DNA from: an uncultured Hyphomicrobiales bacterium
GTDB taxonomy: Bacteria; Pseudomonadota; Alphaproteobacteria; UBA828; JAPUJA01
Length of the DNA stretch: 47,801 bases
Assembly (NCBI GenBank): GCA_964631625.1
Contig: CAZVZP010000001.1
Location: 1 to 47,801, forward strand
Reading direction: 5' to 3'
This document shows, one piece after another, positions 16,323 through 24,443 of the stretch (position 1 is its first letter; each line of letters begins with the position of its first letter). The notes beneath the pieces were generated by a model, which was not told the DNA's origin, did no database searches, and saw only the letters and a list, made by a program, of their open reading frames with translations. A program made the position numbers and the translations under genes.

Positions 16323-17162
16323 TTACGGGGCGCCCGGGGAAGCGGGCGGCGTCGCGGCCGACGAGGCGGTCTCGGGCAGGCTCTGACGTAGCGCAAGCTC
16401 GATGGTGATCTCCTTCGCCCGCGAGGGATCCATGAGGGCGAGGATCGGCGCGACCTTCGACTCCCGCATGCGCTCGACCACGTCGAGCAGCACATGGGTG
16501 TCGAGCTCCATGAAGATGCGTGCGGCATCCTTGGGCTTCATGTTCTGGTAGATCTTGACCAGGCTTTCGATGCGGGCCGACTGCGCCCCGCCGAAGCGGC
16601 CGAGGAGGTCCTGCACCGTCACTTCGATGCGTTTGAGCTCGTCGATCTTGACCGTGACCTGCTGTTCGACCGCCATCAAGGTCTTCTCGCGCAGATCAAG
16701 GTCGGCGGCGCGGGCGTCCAGTTCGGCTCGCCGGGCGGCCAGGTCCTGCAGCAACGCGATCTCGGTGCTCGTGAGGCCCAGGGGATCGAAATCGCTTTGA
16801 ACGGAGGCGAGGCGTTCCGGTTCGGCGGTTTCCTTGCTTGCGGCCGGCGCCGCGCCCGGCTCTGGGTTCGTCTCGGCCGCGGCCGGCGCTTCCTCGGCCG
16901 CCGGAGCGCTCGCCTCGGATGGCGCCAGGGGTGCCGGCTCCGACTGTTCGGCGGGCCCGGCGGGTTCGCCTGTGACCGCCGGAGGCGCCGCCTCCGTGGA
17001 CGCCGTCTCTGCGTAGGAGCGCTTGACCGTGACACTCTCGAGCACGGACTCCAGGTCGTCGAAGAACGATCCAGCCTTGACGCTCAAGAGCAGCACGGCC
17101 GCGAAGATCGCGACGGGAAGGAGACGTAAGCGGCGCAGCACGGCGAGCGACCTTATTGCCAA
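16323..17162 (-). CDS. motE: MotE/FlbB-family flagellar motility protein (MgtE_N-like C-terminal domain)
   Basis: 279 aa. N-terminal TM segment, Ala/Pro/Glu-rich linker, coiled coil, then IESLVKIYQNMKPKDAARIFMELDTHVLLDVVERMRESKVAPILALMDPSRAKEIT. TTG start lies 4 nt after the upstream stop. Confidence 0.65.
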   Translation of the reverse strand: MAIRSLAVLRRLRLLPVAIFAAVLLLSVKAGSFFDDLESVLESVTVKRSYAETASTEAAPPAVTGEPAGPAEQSEPAPLAPSEASAPAAEEAPAAAETNPEPGAAPAASKETAEPERLASVQSDFDPLGLTSTEIALLQDLAARRAELDARAADLDLREKTLMAVEQQVTVKIDELKRIEVTVQDLLGRFGGAQSARIESLVKIYQNMKPKDAARIFMELDTHVLLDVVERMRESKVAPILALMDPSRAKEITIELALRQSLPETASSAATPPASPGAP

Positions 17163-17166
17163 TGCG

Positions 17167-17574
17167 TCAACGGGCCGCGCGCAACAGCGTGATGAGGTCG
17201 CGCTCGGCCCGGCTGCGCGCCGGGGCTCGCTCGCCGGGCCGCGCCGCCGATTTCGGCGTGCGCTCGAGTGCCAGCTCCAGTCGATCCGCGACGGAGGCGC
17301 CGTGGTGCGCGAGGGCGGAGAGATCGTCGTTCAGCGTCTGCGCCTTGTCGATGCTCGCCTGCAGCTCCTTGCCGACGCCCTGGGCGACCGCCTTGAACTG
17401 CCGCACGCCCGACTCGGCCGAACTCGTCGCCTCACGCAACGCCGCGCCGAATTCTGCGAGCTCGGCCTGGGCCTTGCGCAGGGCGGCAAGGCGTTTGTTC
17501 AAGACCACACAGAATCCGATCGTCGCGCCGAGAAGGGCGACGATCAGCCCGTCGAGCAAGAAGCCCAGTGTCAT
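17167..17574 (-). CDS. Small membrane-anchored coiled-coil protein (DUF6468-like) between fliM and motE
   Basis: 135 aa. N-terminal TM segment (LLDGLIVALLGATIGFCVVL), then a helical region. ATGA overlap with the fliM stop at 17571-17574. Confidence 0.6.
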   Translation of the reverse strand: MTLGFLLDGLIVALLGATIGFCVVLNKRLAALRKAQAELAEFGAALREATSSAESGVRQFKAVAQGVGKELQASIDKAQTLNDDLSALAHHGASVADRLELALERTPKSAARPGERAPARSRAERDLITLLRAAR

Positions 17575-18683
17575 TCTCGACTCCGCCGTTCACCGATGGA
17601 CTGCTCGATGCAGATCGCCACGCGATTGTTGAGATGTCCCATGCGCCCCTGCAGCAATTCGATGCCCCCGCAACGCATGTCCACGGGCGAATCGGGACGC
17701 GAACTGAACATCAGCGTATCGCCCGGACGCAGGTTGACGATCTGACCAAGCGGCAGCATCTGCTCGTCGAGCACGGCCTCGAGATCGACGAGCGTCAGGT
17801 GCAGCTCGTGCGCAAGGTGCGACTCCCAGATGGAGTCGTGGCCGAACTTCTCGCCCATGAACATCTGGAGCAAGAGCTCGCGTACCGGCTCGAGCGTCGC
17901 ATAGGGCAGGAGCAGGCTGAATTTTCCGCCGCGGTCCTTCATATCGATGCGCATGCGCACGACGATCGCCGCGTTCGACGGACGCGAGATCGTCGCAAAG
18001 CGCGGGTTCGTCTCGAGGCGGTCGAAGCGGAAGTTGACCGGGCTCAACGGTTCGAAGGCCGTGCTCATGTCCGCGAGCACGAGGTGGATCATGCGCTCGA
18101 CGAGATTGCGCTCGATCGTCGTGTAGGGTCGGCCCTCGATCCGCAGCGAGCCCGTACTGCGGCGGCCGCCGAGAAGGACATCGACGATCGAGTAGATGAG
18201 CGAGCTGTCGACGGTCAGGAGGGCGTAATTGTCCCACTCCTCGGCCTTGAACACGGCGAGCATGGCCGGCAAGGGGATCGAGTTGACGTAGTCGCCGAAG
18301 CGCGTCGAGGTGATGGAATCGAGGCTGACTTCGACATTGTCGGAGGTGAAGTTGCGCAGGCTCGTCGACATCAGACGGACGAGGCGGTCGAACACCACCT
18401 CGAGCATCGGCAGACGCTCATAGGAGACCAGCGTGCTGTTGAGGATCTCCTGGATGCCGACTTTCTCGGTGCTGTCGTCTCCCCGTTCGAAACCGAGCAG
18501 GCTGTCGATTTCATCCTGATTGACGACGCGCGCCGAATCGAGGTCGTGGTCAGGCGACCAATCGGCCGGATTCGCCGCTGCCGGCGCTTGAGCCTCCTGC
18601 TCGACCATCGAGGCCCATTCGGCCGCGAGGTCGTTGTCGCTGGGCTGACTCGGCGTTTCGGGAGACGCGGGCTCGTCCGCCAT
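17571..18683 (-). CDS. fliM: Flagellar motor switch protein FliM
   Basis: 370 aa. N-terminal CheY-binding-like peptide NQDEIDSLLGF. FliM middle domain and C-terminal SpoA-like region (LRPGDTLMF...). Confidence 0.9.
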   Translation of the reverse strand: MADEPASPETPSQPSDNDLAAEWASMVEQEAQAPAAANPADWSPDHDLDSARVVNQDEIDSLLGFERGDDSTEKVGIQEILNSTLVSYERLPMLEVVFDRLVRLMSTSLRNFTSDNVEVSLDSITSTRFGDYVNSIPLPAMLAVFKAEEWDNYALLTVDSSLIYSIVDVLLGGRRSTGSLRIEGRPYTTIERNLVERMIHLVLADMSTAFEPLSPVNFRFDRLETNPRFATISRPSNAAIVVRMRIDMKDRGGKFSLLLPYATLEPVRELLLQMFMGEKFGHDSIWESHLAHELHLTLVDLEAVLDEQMLPLGQIVNLRPGDTLMFSSRPDSPVDMRCGGIELLQGRMGHLNNRVAICIEQSIGERRSRE

Positions 18684-18692
18684 CGGGGGCCG

Positions 18693-19232
18693 CTATTGAA
18701 CCAGCATTTCCTTGAACAACACGTCACGCACGACGACCGGATAGACGGCCGTGTTCACCCGCGCGAGCAGCTCCTCCTTGAGCCGATAGATGCCGGCCGA
18801 GCCGCTCAAATCCTCGGGCCTGAGCTCGCGCAGGTAGACCTGGAAATTATCGATGATCCGGGGCAGAAGCTTTTCGAGCTCGTCGACCGACACGCCGTCC
18901 TCGATCTCGAGGCTGATCGTGAGCTTGAGGAAGCTCGAGCGGCCATCGGCGGAGCTCAGGTTCACGAGCATATCCGGAAGGTCGTAGTAGATCGCCGATG
19001 GCGCCTCCTCGGCCGCCGCGTGCTCGCCTTCGGCCGGCGCGCCGCCCATGATCGAATCGAGCATGCCGCTCATGTAGGCGCCGACCGCGAGCACGCCGAT
19101 CGCGGCCACGCCGATGACCAGCCGCTTGCCGCTTAATAGCTTGCGCTTCTTCGGGGCGTCGCCTTCGGCGGAGGCCGCGGTTTCTTCCGTGTCCTCCGCG
19201 GCCGCCGCCTTCGCGGCCAGAGCTTGCGCCAT
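18693..19232 (-). CDS. fliL: Flagellar basal-body-associated protein FliL
   Basis: 179 aa. Single TM segment (LVIGVAAIGVLAVGAYM), then a FliL-type domain (YYDLPDMLVNL...FLKLTISLE...). Directly upstream of fliM. Confidence 0.85.
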   Translation of the reverse strand: MAQALAAKAAAAEDTEETAASAEGDAPKKRKLLSGKRLVIGVAAIGVLAVGAYMSGMLDSIMGGAPAEGEHAAAEEAPSAIYYDLPDMLVNLSSADGRSSFLKLTISLEIEDGVSVDELEKLLPRIIDNFQVYLRELRPEDLSGSAGIYRLKEELLARVNTAVYPVVVRDVLFKEMLVQ

Positions 19233-19300
19233 CCGATACCTCCCGCCGGGCGAGACCTCCCCCGGATGCCGAGGGAAAGCCCCATCTGCTTACGAAAAAC

Positions 19301-19323
19301 TCGTTAACAACGGGTTTCCTTAA
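19301..19323 (-). promoter_or_regulatory. Conserved 23-nt motif TTAAGGAAACCCGTTGTTAACGA (copy 1) in the fliL/flgF divergent region
   Basis: Read on the minus strand. 20 of 23 positions are identical to 46374-46396. Lies 69 bp upstream of the fliL ATG. Confidence 0.4.
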
Positions 19324-19365
19324 GGGCCCGCCCGACGGACGGAGGGGCTGGGGGCACGATCTGCT

Positions 19366-19380
19366 CGGCAAGGCCTACCG
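19366..19380. promoter_or_regulatory. Degenerate CGGCA-N5-TGCCG dyad (candidate enhancer-binding-protein site) upstream of the flgF sigma-54 promoter
   Basis: CGGCAaggccTACCG, one mismatch in the right arm. Its centre is about 85 bp upstream of the -24 GG. Confidence 0.3.
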
Positions 19381-19456
19381 AAGCCCCCAGGGCGGCTCTC
19401 GAAAAGTGCCTCCAAGCTGCAGCGTAACGCTTTGATAAGCCGGAGGAAGTGGTCTT

Positions 19457-19472
19457 TGGCACGAGTCCTGCA
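19457..19472 (+). promoter_or_regulatory. Sigma-54 (-24/-12) promoter of the flgFGAH operon
   Basis: TGGCACgagtcCTGCA versus the consensus TGGCAC-N5-TTGCW, with correct GG-N10-GC spacing. Confidence 0.7.
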
Positions 19473-19519
19473 ACGGGAGGGTTGCGGATCATCGGGTGCG
19501 AAAGCTCTCTGAGCAAGCC

Positions 19520-20245
19520 ATGGAAAGCGTGCTCTCGGTCAACCTGTCCCAGTTGTTGGCGCTCTCCGATCTCATGGAGGTCGTCGCCAACAATATCGCC
19601 AACGCCAACACCACCGGGTTCAAGGGCGACCGGCTCACCTTCCGGGAGTACCTGATGCAGGACCCCGATAGCGCCGAAGTCAGCCTCGTGCAGGAGGCCG
19701 GGGTCTATGTCGATCACGCCCAGGGCCCGGCTACGATGACCGGCGCTCCGTTTGATTTCGCCATCGAAGGCGAGGGCTTCTTCGTGCTCGAGACGCCGGA
19801 CGGGCCCCGCTACACGCGCGCCGGCCATTTCCAGCTCGATGCCGAACGGCAAATCATCTCGGCCGACGGCTTTCCCGTGCGCGGCGAAGGCGGCCAGCCG
19901 CTTGCGCTCGCGTCCGAGGACACGGTGGTCGAGGTCTCTCAGGACGGCACGATCGCGGCCGAGAGCGGCGTCATCGGGCGGCTCGAGATCGTCCGGTTCG
20001 AGAATCTCGACGGCCTCGCCAAACGCGGCGGCGGCCTGTTCGAGAGCGCCGAGGAGCCGGCGCCCGTCACCGAGGCGAGGATCCTGCAGGGCGCCCTCGA
20101 AGAGTCGAACGTGCAACCCGTGCTCGAGATCACGAGCATGATCGAGCTCGTACGCCAATATCAGTCGGCGCAGCGATCGAACGAGATGCTGCACGAGCTC
20201 CAGCGTCAGGCGGTCGAGACCCTGCTCTCGACCAACAGCGCCTAA
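19520..20245 (+). CDS. flgF: Flagellar basal-body rod protein FlgF
   Basis: The track ORF starts at GTG 19496. ATG 19520 (MESVLSVNLSQLLALSDLMEVVANNIANANTTGFK) aligns with typical FlgF N-termini and lies downstream of the predicted sigma-54 transcription start. The C-terminal rod motif is present. Confidence 0.9.
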   Translation: MESVLSVNLSQLLALSDLMEVVANNIANANTTGFKGDRLTFREYLMQDPDSAEVSLVQEAGVYVDHAQGPATMTGAPFDFAIEGEGFFVLETPDGPRYTRAGHFQLDAERQIISADGFPVRGEGGQPLALASEDTVVEVSQDGTIAAESGVIGRLEIVRFENLDGLAKRGGGLFESAEEPAPVTEARILQGALEESNVQPVLEITSMIELVRQYQSAQRSNEMLHELQRQAVETLLSTNSA

Positions 20246-20273
20246 CCGAGCGGCTTAAGGAAGGAACGGCACC

Positions 20274-21059
20274 ATGAAGGCATTGAGCATCGCCGCGACC
20301 GGGATGTTGGCGCAGCAGCTCAACGTCGAGGTCATCGCGAACAACATCGCGAACATGACCACGACATCGTTCAAGCGGCAGCGGCCCGAGTTCCAGGATC
20401 TGTTGTATCAGAACCTGCGGCGCATCGGCGCCGCCTCCTCGGACGCCGGCACCATCGTGCCGAGCGGCATCCAGATCGGCACCGGCGTGCGTGCGGCCTC
20501 GATCTATCGCATCACCACCCAGGGCAACGCAGTCTCGACCGGCAACGCCCTCGACCTGTCGATCCAGGGCAAGGGCTACTTCCAGGTCGAGCTGCCCAAC
20601 GGCAATCTGGCCTACACGCGAGCCGGCACCTTCCAGCTCAGCCCCGACGGCGAGATCGTGACCGCCGACGGCTACATCGTAAGCCCCGGAGTGGTCGTGC
20701 CCGCGGATGCGACCGACATCACGATCAACGAGAGCGGCGAGGTCCAGGTCAAGCTTGACGGCCAGGTCGATCCTCAGACCGTCGGCCAGCTCGAGCTCGT
20801 GAATTTCCCCAACGAAGCCGGTCTCGAAGCGATCGGCGACAACCTCTATCTCGAATCGACCTCCTCCGGCACGCCGGGCACCGGCACGCCGGGCACCGAT
20901 GGCTTCGGCCGGCTGCTCCAAGGTTTCCTCGAGACGTCGAACGTCGATGCGGTGGCCGAAATCACCGCGCTCATCACGGCGCAGCGCGCCTACGAGCTTA
21001 ACTCGAAGGTGGTCACCGCGGTCGATGAGATGATGAACGCCACCACCCAGATGCGTTAG
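20274..21059 (+). CDS. flgG: Flagellar distal rod protein FlgG
   Basis: 261 aa: MKALSIAATGMLAQQLNVEVIANNIANMTTTSFK...ITAQRAYELNSKVVTAVDEMMNATTQM. Confidence 0.95.
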   Translation: MKALSIAATGMLAQQLNVEVIANNIANMTTTSFKRQRPEFQDLLYQNLRRIGAASSDAGTIVPSGIQIGTGVRAASIYRITTQGNAVSTGNALDLSIQGKGYFQVELPNGNLAYTRAGTFQLSPDGEIVTADGYIVSPGVVVPADATDITINESGEVQVKLDGQVDPQTVGQLELVNFPNEAGLEAIGDNLYLESTSSGTPGTGTPGTDGFGRLLQGFLETSNVDAVAEITALITAQRAYELNSKVVTAVDEMMNATTQMR

Positions 21060-21069
21060 GAGCGGCGCC

Positions 21070-22035
21070 ATGATGCGGACGGCTCTCCTGCTCGTGATCT
21101 TGGCCCTCGCCCCTCTGGGCATGGCTGTGGCCACCGAACCCCTTCGGCTCAATTCCTCGGTCGTCATCGACGGCGCGAGCGTGACCGTCGGCGACCTGTT
21201 CGAGGGCGCCATCGCCGGCGCCGATATGCCGCTTTTCCCGGCACCCGCTCCGGGCGATCGGGCGCTTCATTCGCTGGCCGAGATCCGCCGCGCGACCGAG
21301 CCGCTCGGCCTCGCCTGGACCGCCGCGCCGGGCACGGCCGGCGTCGAGATCGTGCGCTCGAGCACGACCATCACGCAGGAAGAGATCGAAGACGAACTGC
21401 GGCTCGCCCTCATCGAGCAAGGGGCGAGCGAGCGCCTCGAGCTTCGGCTGTTCCAACGCAATCTCGAGATCGCCGCCGCCGCCGGCGCGCCCGTCGCCCT
21501 AACCGTCGAAGACTTGCGCTATGACCCGCGCACCGGCCGTTTCGACGGGCTCGTCGTGGCCTCGGCCGAAGGAAGCGCGGAGCGCACGCTGCGCGTCTCG
21601 GGCCGCGCCCATGCGATCATCGATCTGCCGGTGCCGATCCAAACCCTGCGGCCCGGAACCATCATTGCTGAAACCGATCTCGAATGGATCGCCGTGCCCG
21701 AGGATCGGCTCGACCGGCGCATCGCGCAGAGCGCCGAGGAGCTGATCGGGCTGTCGGTACGCCGCGCCTTGCGCCCCGGCGAGCCCGTGCGCCTGAGCGA
21801 CCTCGAGGCGCCGCGGCTCGTAACCAAGGGCCGCTCGGTCACCATGATCTACGAAACGCCGTTCATGCGCCTCGTCGCCATCGGCCGGGCCCTCGAGGAC
21901 GGCACCGAGGGCAACACCGTGCGCGTGCTCAACGTGCAGAGCAACACGGTGGTCCATGCGGTGGTGGCGGCGGAGAACCTGGTCCGGCTGTCCACGGCGA
22001 GCCTCGACCTTGCAAGCATGGGGAGCGCCCGATGA
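21070..22035 (+). CDS. flgA: Flagellar P-ring assembly chaperone FlgA
   Basis: 321 aa with a signal peptide. C-terminal SAF/FlgA region is LRPGEPVRLSDLEAPRLVTKGRSVTMIYE...GNTVRVLNVQSNTVVHAVV. Confidence 0.85.
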   Translation: MMRTALLLVILALAPLGMAVATEPLRLNSSVVIDGASVTVGDLFEGAIAGADMPLFPAPAPGDRALHSLAEIRRATEPLGLAWTAAPGTAGVEIVRSSTTITQEEIEDELRLALIEQGASERLELRLFQRNLEIAAAAGAPVALTVEDLRYDPRTGRFDGLVVASAEGSAERTLRVSGRAHAIIDLPVPIQTLRPGTIIAETDLEWIAVPEDRLDRRIAQSAEELIGLSVRRALRPGEPVRLSDLEAPRLVTKGRSVTMIYETPFMRLVAIGRALEDGTEGNTVRVLNVQSNTVVHAVVAAENLVRLSTASLDLASMGSAR

Positions 22036-22805
22036 CGCCCAGCGCCGTCCGGCCGTCCGGCCGCATCGTCCTGCGCGCCGCCGGCCTCGCCCTCGCGGGC
22101 AGCGTGCTCGCCGGTTGCAACATCGTCGACCGCTTGGAGCAGGTGGGCTCGCCGCCCCCGCTCTCGCCGATCGAGAATCCGATGGCCGAAAGCGGTTACG
22201 AACCGGTGATCCTGCCCATGCCGCCGCAGCAGGCCGTCGCGCTGCTGCCCAATTCCCTCTGGCAGCCGGGCGCGCGCCAGTTCTTCAAGGACCAGCGCGC
22301 CGCCAAGATCGGCGACATCCTGACGGTGCTCATCGAGATTAAGGACAGCGCCGACATCAAGAATTCCACCGAGCGCACGCGCACCATGAACGAGGATGAT
22401 TCCGCGAGCGCGCTCATCGGCTACGAAACCCACCTCGACGCCTTCTTGCCCGAGGCCATCGATCCCACGAACCTGATCGACATCAAAAGCCAGAGCGCGC
22501 ACACGGGCGAAGGCACGATCGATCGCACCGAGGAGATCAAGCTCAAGGTCGCCGCCGTGGTGACGCAGACCTTGCCGAACGGCAATCTGGTCATCCAGGG
22601 CCGGCAGGAGATCCGCGTCAACTTCGAAAAGCGCGAGGTCCTGGTCGCGGGCGTGGTGCGGCCCGAGGACATCACGGCCGAGAACACGATCGACGCGGAG
22701 AAGATCGCCGAGGCCCGCATCGCCTACGGCGGCCAGGGCCAGCTCACCGACGTGCAACAGCCCCGCTACGGCTCGCAGGTCATCGATATCCTCTATCCCT
22801 TCTGA
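22032..22805 (+). CDS. flgH: Flagellar L-ring lipoprotein FlgH
   Basis: 257 aa from ATG 22032, with an ATGA overlap onto the flgA stop. Lipobox is LAGC. FlgH core is LWQPGARQFFKDQRAAKIGDILTVLI...NGNLVIQGRQEIRVNFE. Confidence 0.9.
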   Translation: MTPSAVRPSGRIVLRAAGLALAGSVLAGCNIVDRLEQVGSPPPLSPIENPMAESGYEPVILPMPPQQAVALLPNSLWQPGARQFFKDQRAAKIGDILTVLIEIKDSADIKNSTERTRTMNEDDSASALIGYETHLDAFLPEAIDPTNLIDIKSQSAHTGEGTIDRTEEIKLKVAAVVTQTLPNGNLVIQGRQEIRVNFEKREVLVAGVVRPEDITAENTIDAEKIAEARIAYGGQGQLTDVQQPRYGSQVIDILYPF

Positions 22806-22830
22806 TCCGGCGATTTGGCGGCACGCAAAA

Positions 22831-22860
22831 GGCCGGTCTCTCCCGACGGAGAGACCGGCC
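22831..22860. terminator. Strong hairpin between convergent flgH and dksA (bidirectional terminator candidate)
   Basis: GGCCGGTCTCTCC-cgac-GGAGAGACCGGCC, a 13-bp stem. On the minus strand it is followed by TTTTGCG. Confidence 0.7.
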
Positions 22861-22884
22861 TATCCGGATCGCCCGCGCCGCAGC

Positions 22885-23625
22885 CTAATCTTCGCGGTAG
22901 ATCTTCTCCATGCGCTCGTGGCGCTCCTGCGCTTCAATGCCGAGCGTCGCGATCGGACGCGCCTCCAATCGTTTGAGTCCAATCGGCTGGCCGGTCATCT
23001 CGCAATAGCCGTAGGTGCCTTCATCGATGCGCTTGAGCGCCGCGTCGATCTTGGCGATCAGCTTGCGTTCGCGATCGCGGGTGCGCAGCTCGACCGCCCG
23101 CTCGCTCTCGATCATGGCGCGGTCCGCAAGGTCCGCGCTGACGGGCAGACTCTCCTTGAGGTGCGCGAGCGTCTGCTGCGATTCGTCGATCAACTCGGTG
23201 CGCCAGCTCAAGAGCTTCTGACGGAAGTATTCGAGATGATGGGGATTCATGAAGGGCTCGTCCTCGGAGGGACGGTAGCCTTCGGGCAGTTTCACCCGCT
23301 TCACCGGTCCGGAATAGAGCGCCGGAATCTTGGGCGGTTCGACCGCGATCGCTTGGCGCGTCTCCCTCAACGCCCGCGGGGATGCGGCACTCGCTTTCGG
23401 CCTGGCGCTCTTCTTCGCCCGCGCCGGCGATGGCTCCCGGCGTGTCGGCCCACCCGCGGGCGGCTTGCGCGGAGCGCGCCCCGCCGTCTTGGTGCGCCGC
23501 GCGGGCGCGCCCCGGCTCTTGCTCGCCGGCTCGCGCGCGGCCTTGGCGCCGCCCTTGGATCGGGTCTTCGGCCGGGCCTTCGCGCCCCGGCGAGACGATC
23601 GCTTGGGCGGGGGCTTGGACTTCAT
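22885..23625 (-). CDS. dksA: DksA/TraR-family RNA-polymerase-binding regulator with a ~110-aa Lys/Arg/Pro/Ala-rich N-terminal extension
   Basis: 246 aa from ATG 23625; the track ORF extends to 23700. The C-terminal ~135 aa are colinear with DksA (DLADRA coiled-coil tip, GYCEMTGQPIGLKRLEARPIATLGIEAQ). Only 1 of the 4 canonical zinc-finger Cys is present. Confidence 0.8.
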   Translation of the reverse strand: MKSKPPPKRSSRRGAKARPKTRSKGGAKAAREPASKSRGAPARRTKTAGRAPRKPPAGGPTRREPSPARAKKSARPKASAASPRALRETRQAIAVEPPKIPALYSGPVKRVKLPEGYRPSEDEPFMNPHHLEYFRQKLLSWRTELIDESQQTLAHLKESLPVSADLADRAMIESERAVELRTRDRERKLIAKIDAALKRIDEGTYGYCEMTGQPIGLKRLEARPIATLGIEAQERHERMEKIYRED

Positions 23626-23666
23626 TTTCCGGTCCTGCCTACACTTCGTGGTTTTAGGCGGGCCGC

Positions 23667-23695
23667 AGTATAAGAACCCGGGCGGGCTGCCGCAA
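23667..23695 (-). promoter_or_regulatory. Sigma-70-like promoter candidate for dksA
   Basis: On the minus strand: TTGCGG (23695-23690), 17-nt spacer, TATACT (23672-23667). Lies about 40 bp upstream of the ATG, next to an AT-rich patch. Confidence 0.3.
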
Positions 23696-23776
23696 GACAA
23701 CCCAACCTTCTGATTTTGTTTATCTATATGAGAATCCAGCGAGTCCCGGTGCGGGGCCCGCGCAGGGGCCGCGTGC

Positions 23777-24211
23777 TCAGGCGTCTTGATCGTACTTGGC
23801 GAGCTCGACCCGCGCCCTCAGCTCGATTTCGTTCAGAATCCCCCGTAGCCTCGGCTCGAGATCCCTCTGGCGCTCGGCCTCGACCTCTCTTTGCAGGCGC
23901 AGCAGGGCAGCCTTCGGGATGCCACCCGCGAGCAGCCCCATGCGGATTTCGTCCAAGCGGTCGAGCAGCCGGCCGCCGCGGGCGAGGTCCTTGCTGCGGC
24001 CCGACAGCGGATCGCCGACCTCCTGAGCCGCAAGCAACGTGCCGATCGCCGAGACGCCGAAAGCCGCGCCAGCTTCAATAGGGACGCCGGCCGCCGAGGC
24101 CTCCTCGGCCGCCTCGCCGACCACGAAGCGGGGCTTGGCCGCGCCATTGCCCTTGCCGCCAACGCGGCGCAATTGGCCGGAGCCAAACAGCCGCGTGGAT
24201 TCAATCTTCAT
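23777..24211 (-). CDS. fliX: Flagellar assembly regulator FliX
   Basis: 144 aa from ATG 24211 (MKIESTRLFG...). Divergent from flgI, as in Caulobacter. C-terminal helical region is LLDRLDEIRMGLLAGGIP...LNEIELRARVELAKY. Confidence 0.65.
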   Translation of the reverse strand: MKIESTRLFGSGQLRRVGGKGNGAAKPRFVVGEAAEEASAAGVPIEAGAAFGVSAIGTLLAAQEVGDPLSGRSKDLARGGRLLDRLDEIRMGLLAGGIPKAALLRLQREVEAERQRDLEPRLRGILNEIELRARVELAKYDQDA

Positions 24212-24275
24212 CGGGGTGATTCGCGCCAACACCGCAGGTCGCGCCGTTCGCAGGCGAGCATCGGCCACCTCCTCT

Positions 24276-24290
24276 TAAGAAGCCGTTAAG
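24276..24290. promoter_or_regulatory. TTAA-N7-TTAA (CtrA-type) box in the fliX/flgI divergent region
   Basis: TTAAgaagccgTTAA, about 65 bp upstream of the fliX ATG. Confidence 0.45.
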
Positions 24291-24304
24291 GAGTGCCGCG
24301 CCTT

Positions 24305-24319
24305 GGGCAATTTCTGCCG
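24305..24319. promoter_or_regulatory. GGGCA-N5-TGCCG dyad (candidate enhancer-binding-protein site) upstream of the flgI sigma-54 promoter
   Basis: GGGCAatttcTGCCG. Its centre is about 92 bp upstream of the -24 GG. Confidence 0.4.
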
Positions 24320-24402
24320 GTCCGCGCCCCCGGGATCGGCTCGAGTCTCCCGGCGCCTGGAACAAATCGAAGAGCACACAACGACTTAGCCCGTATCGCC
24401 AT

Positions 24403-24418
24403 TGGCACGCCGCTCGCA
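24403..24418 (+). promoter_or_regulatory. Sigma-54 (-24/-12) promoter of the flgI operon
   Basis: TGGCACgccgcTCGCA. The predicted start near 24429 favours ATG 24444 over the upstream in-frame starts. Confidence 0.65.
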
Positions 24419-24443
24419 TGATCCGATGCGAAAGGCTGCGCCC

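Noticed and set aside
19233-19300. A possible sigma-54 promoter for fliL on the minus strand (GGGGCTttccctcGGCA).
   Set aside because: Only the minimal GG-N10-GC core fits, and the flanking consensus positions do not. It was not called.
19301-19323. The fliL-proximal motif as a CtrA box.
   Set aside because: The TTAA half-sites are 12 nt apart rather than 7, and the fliK-side copy has ATTA in place of the first TTAA.
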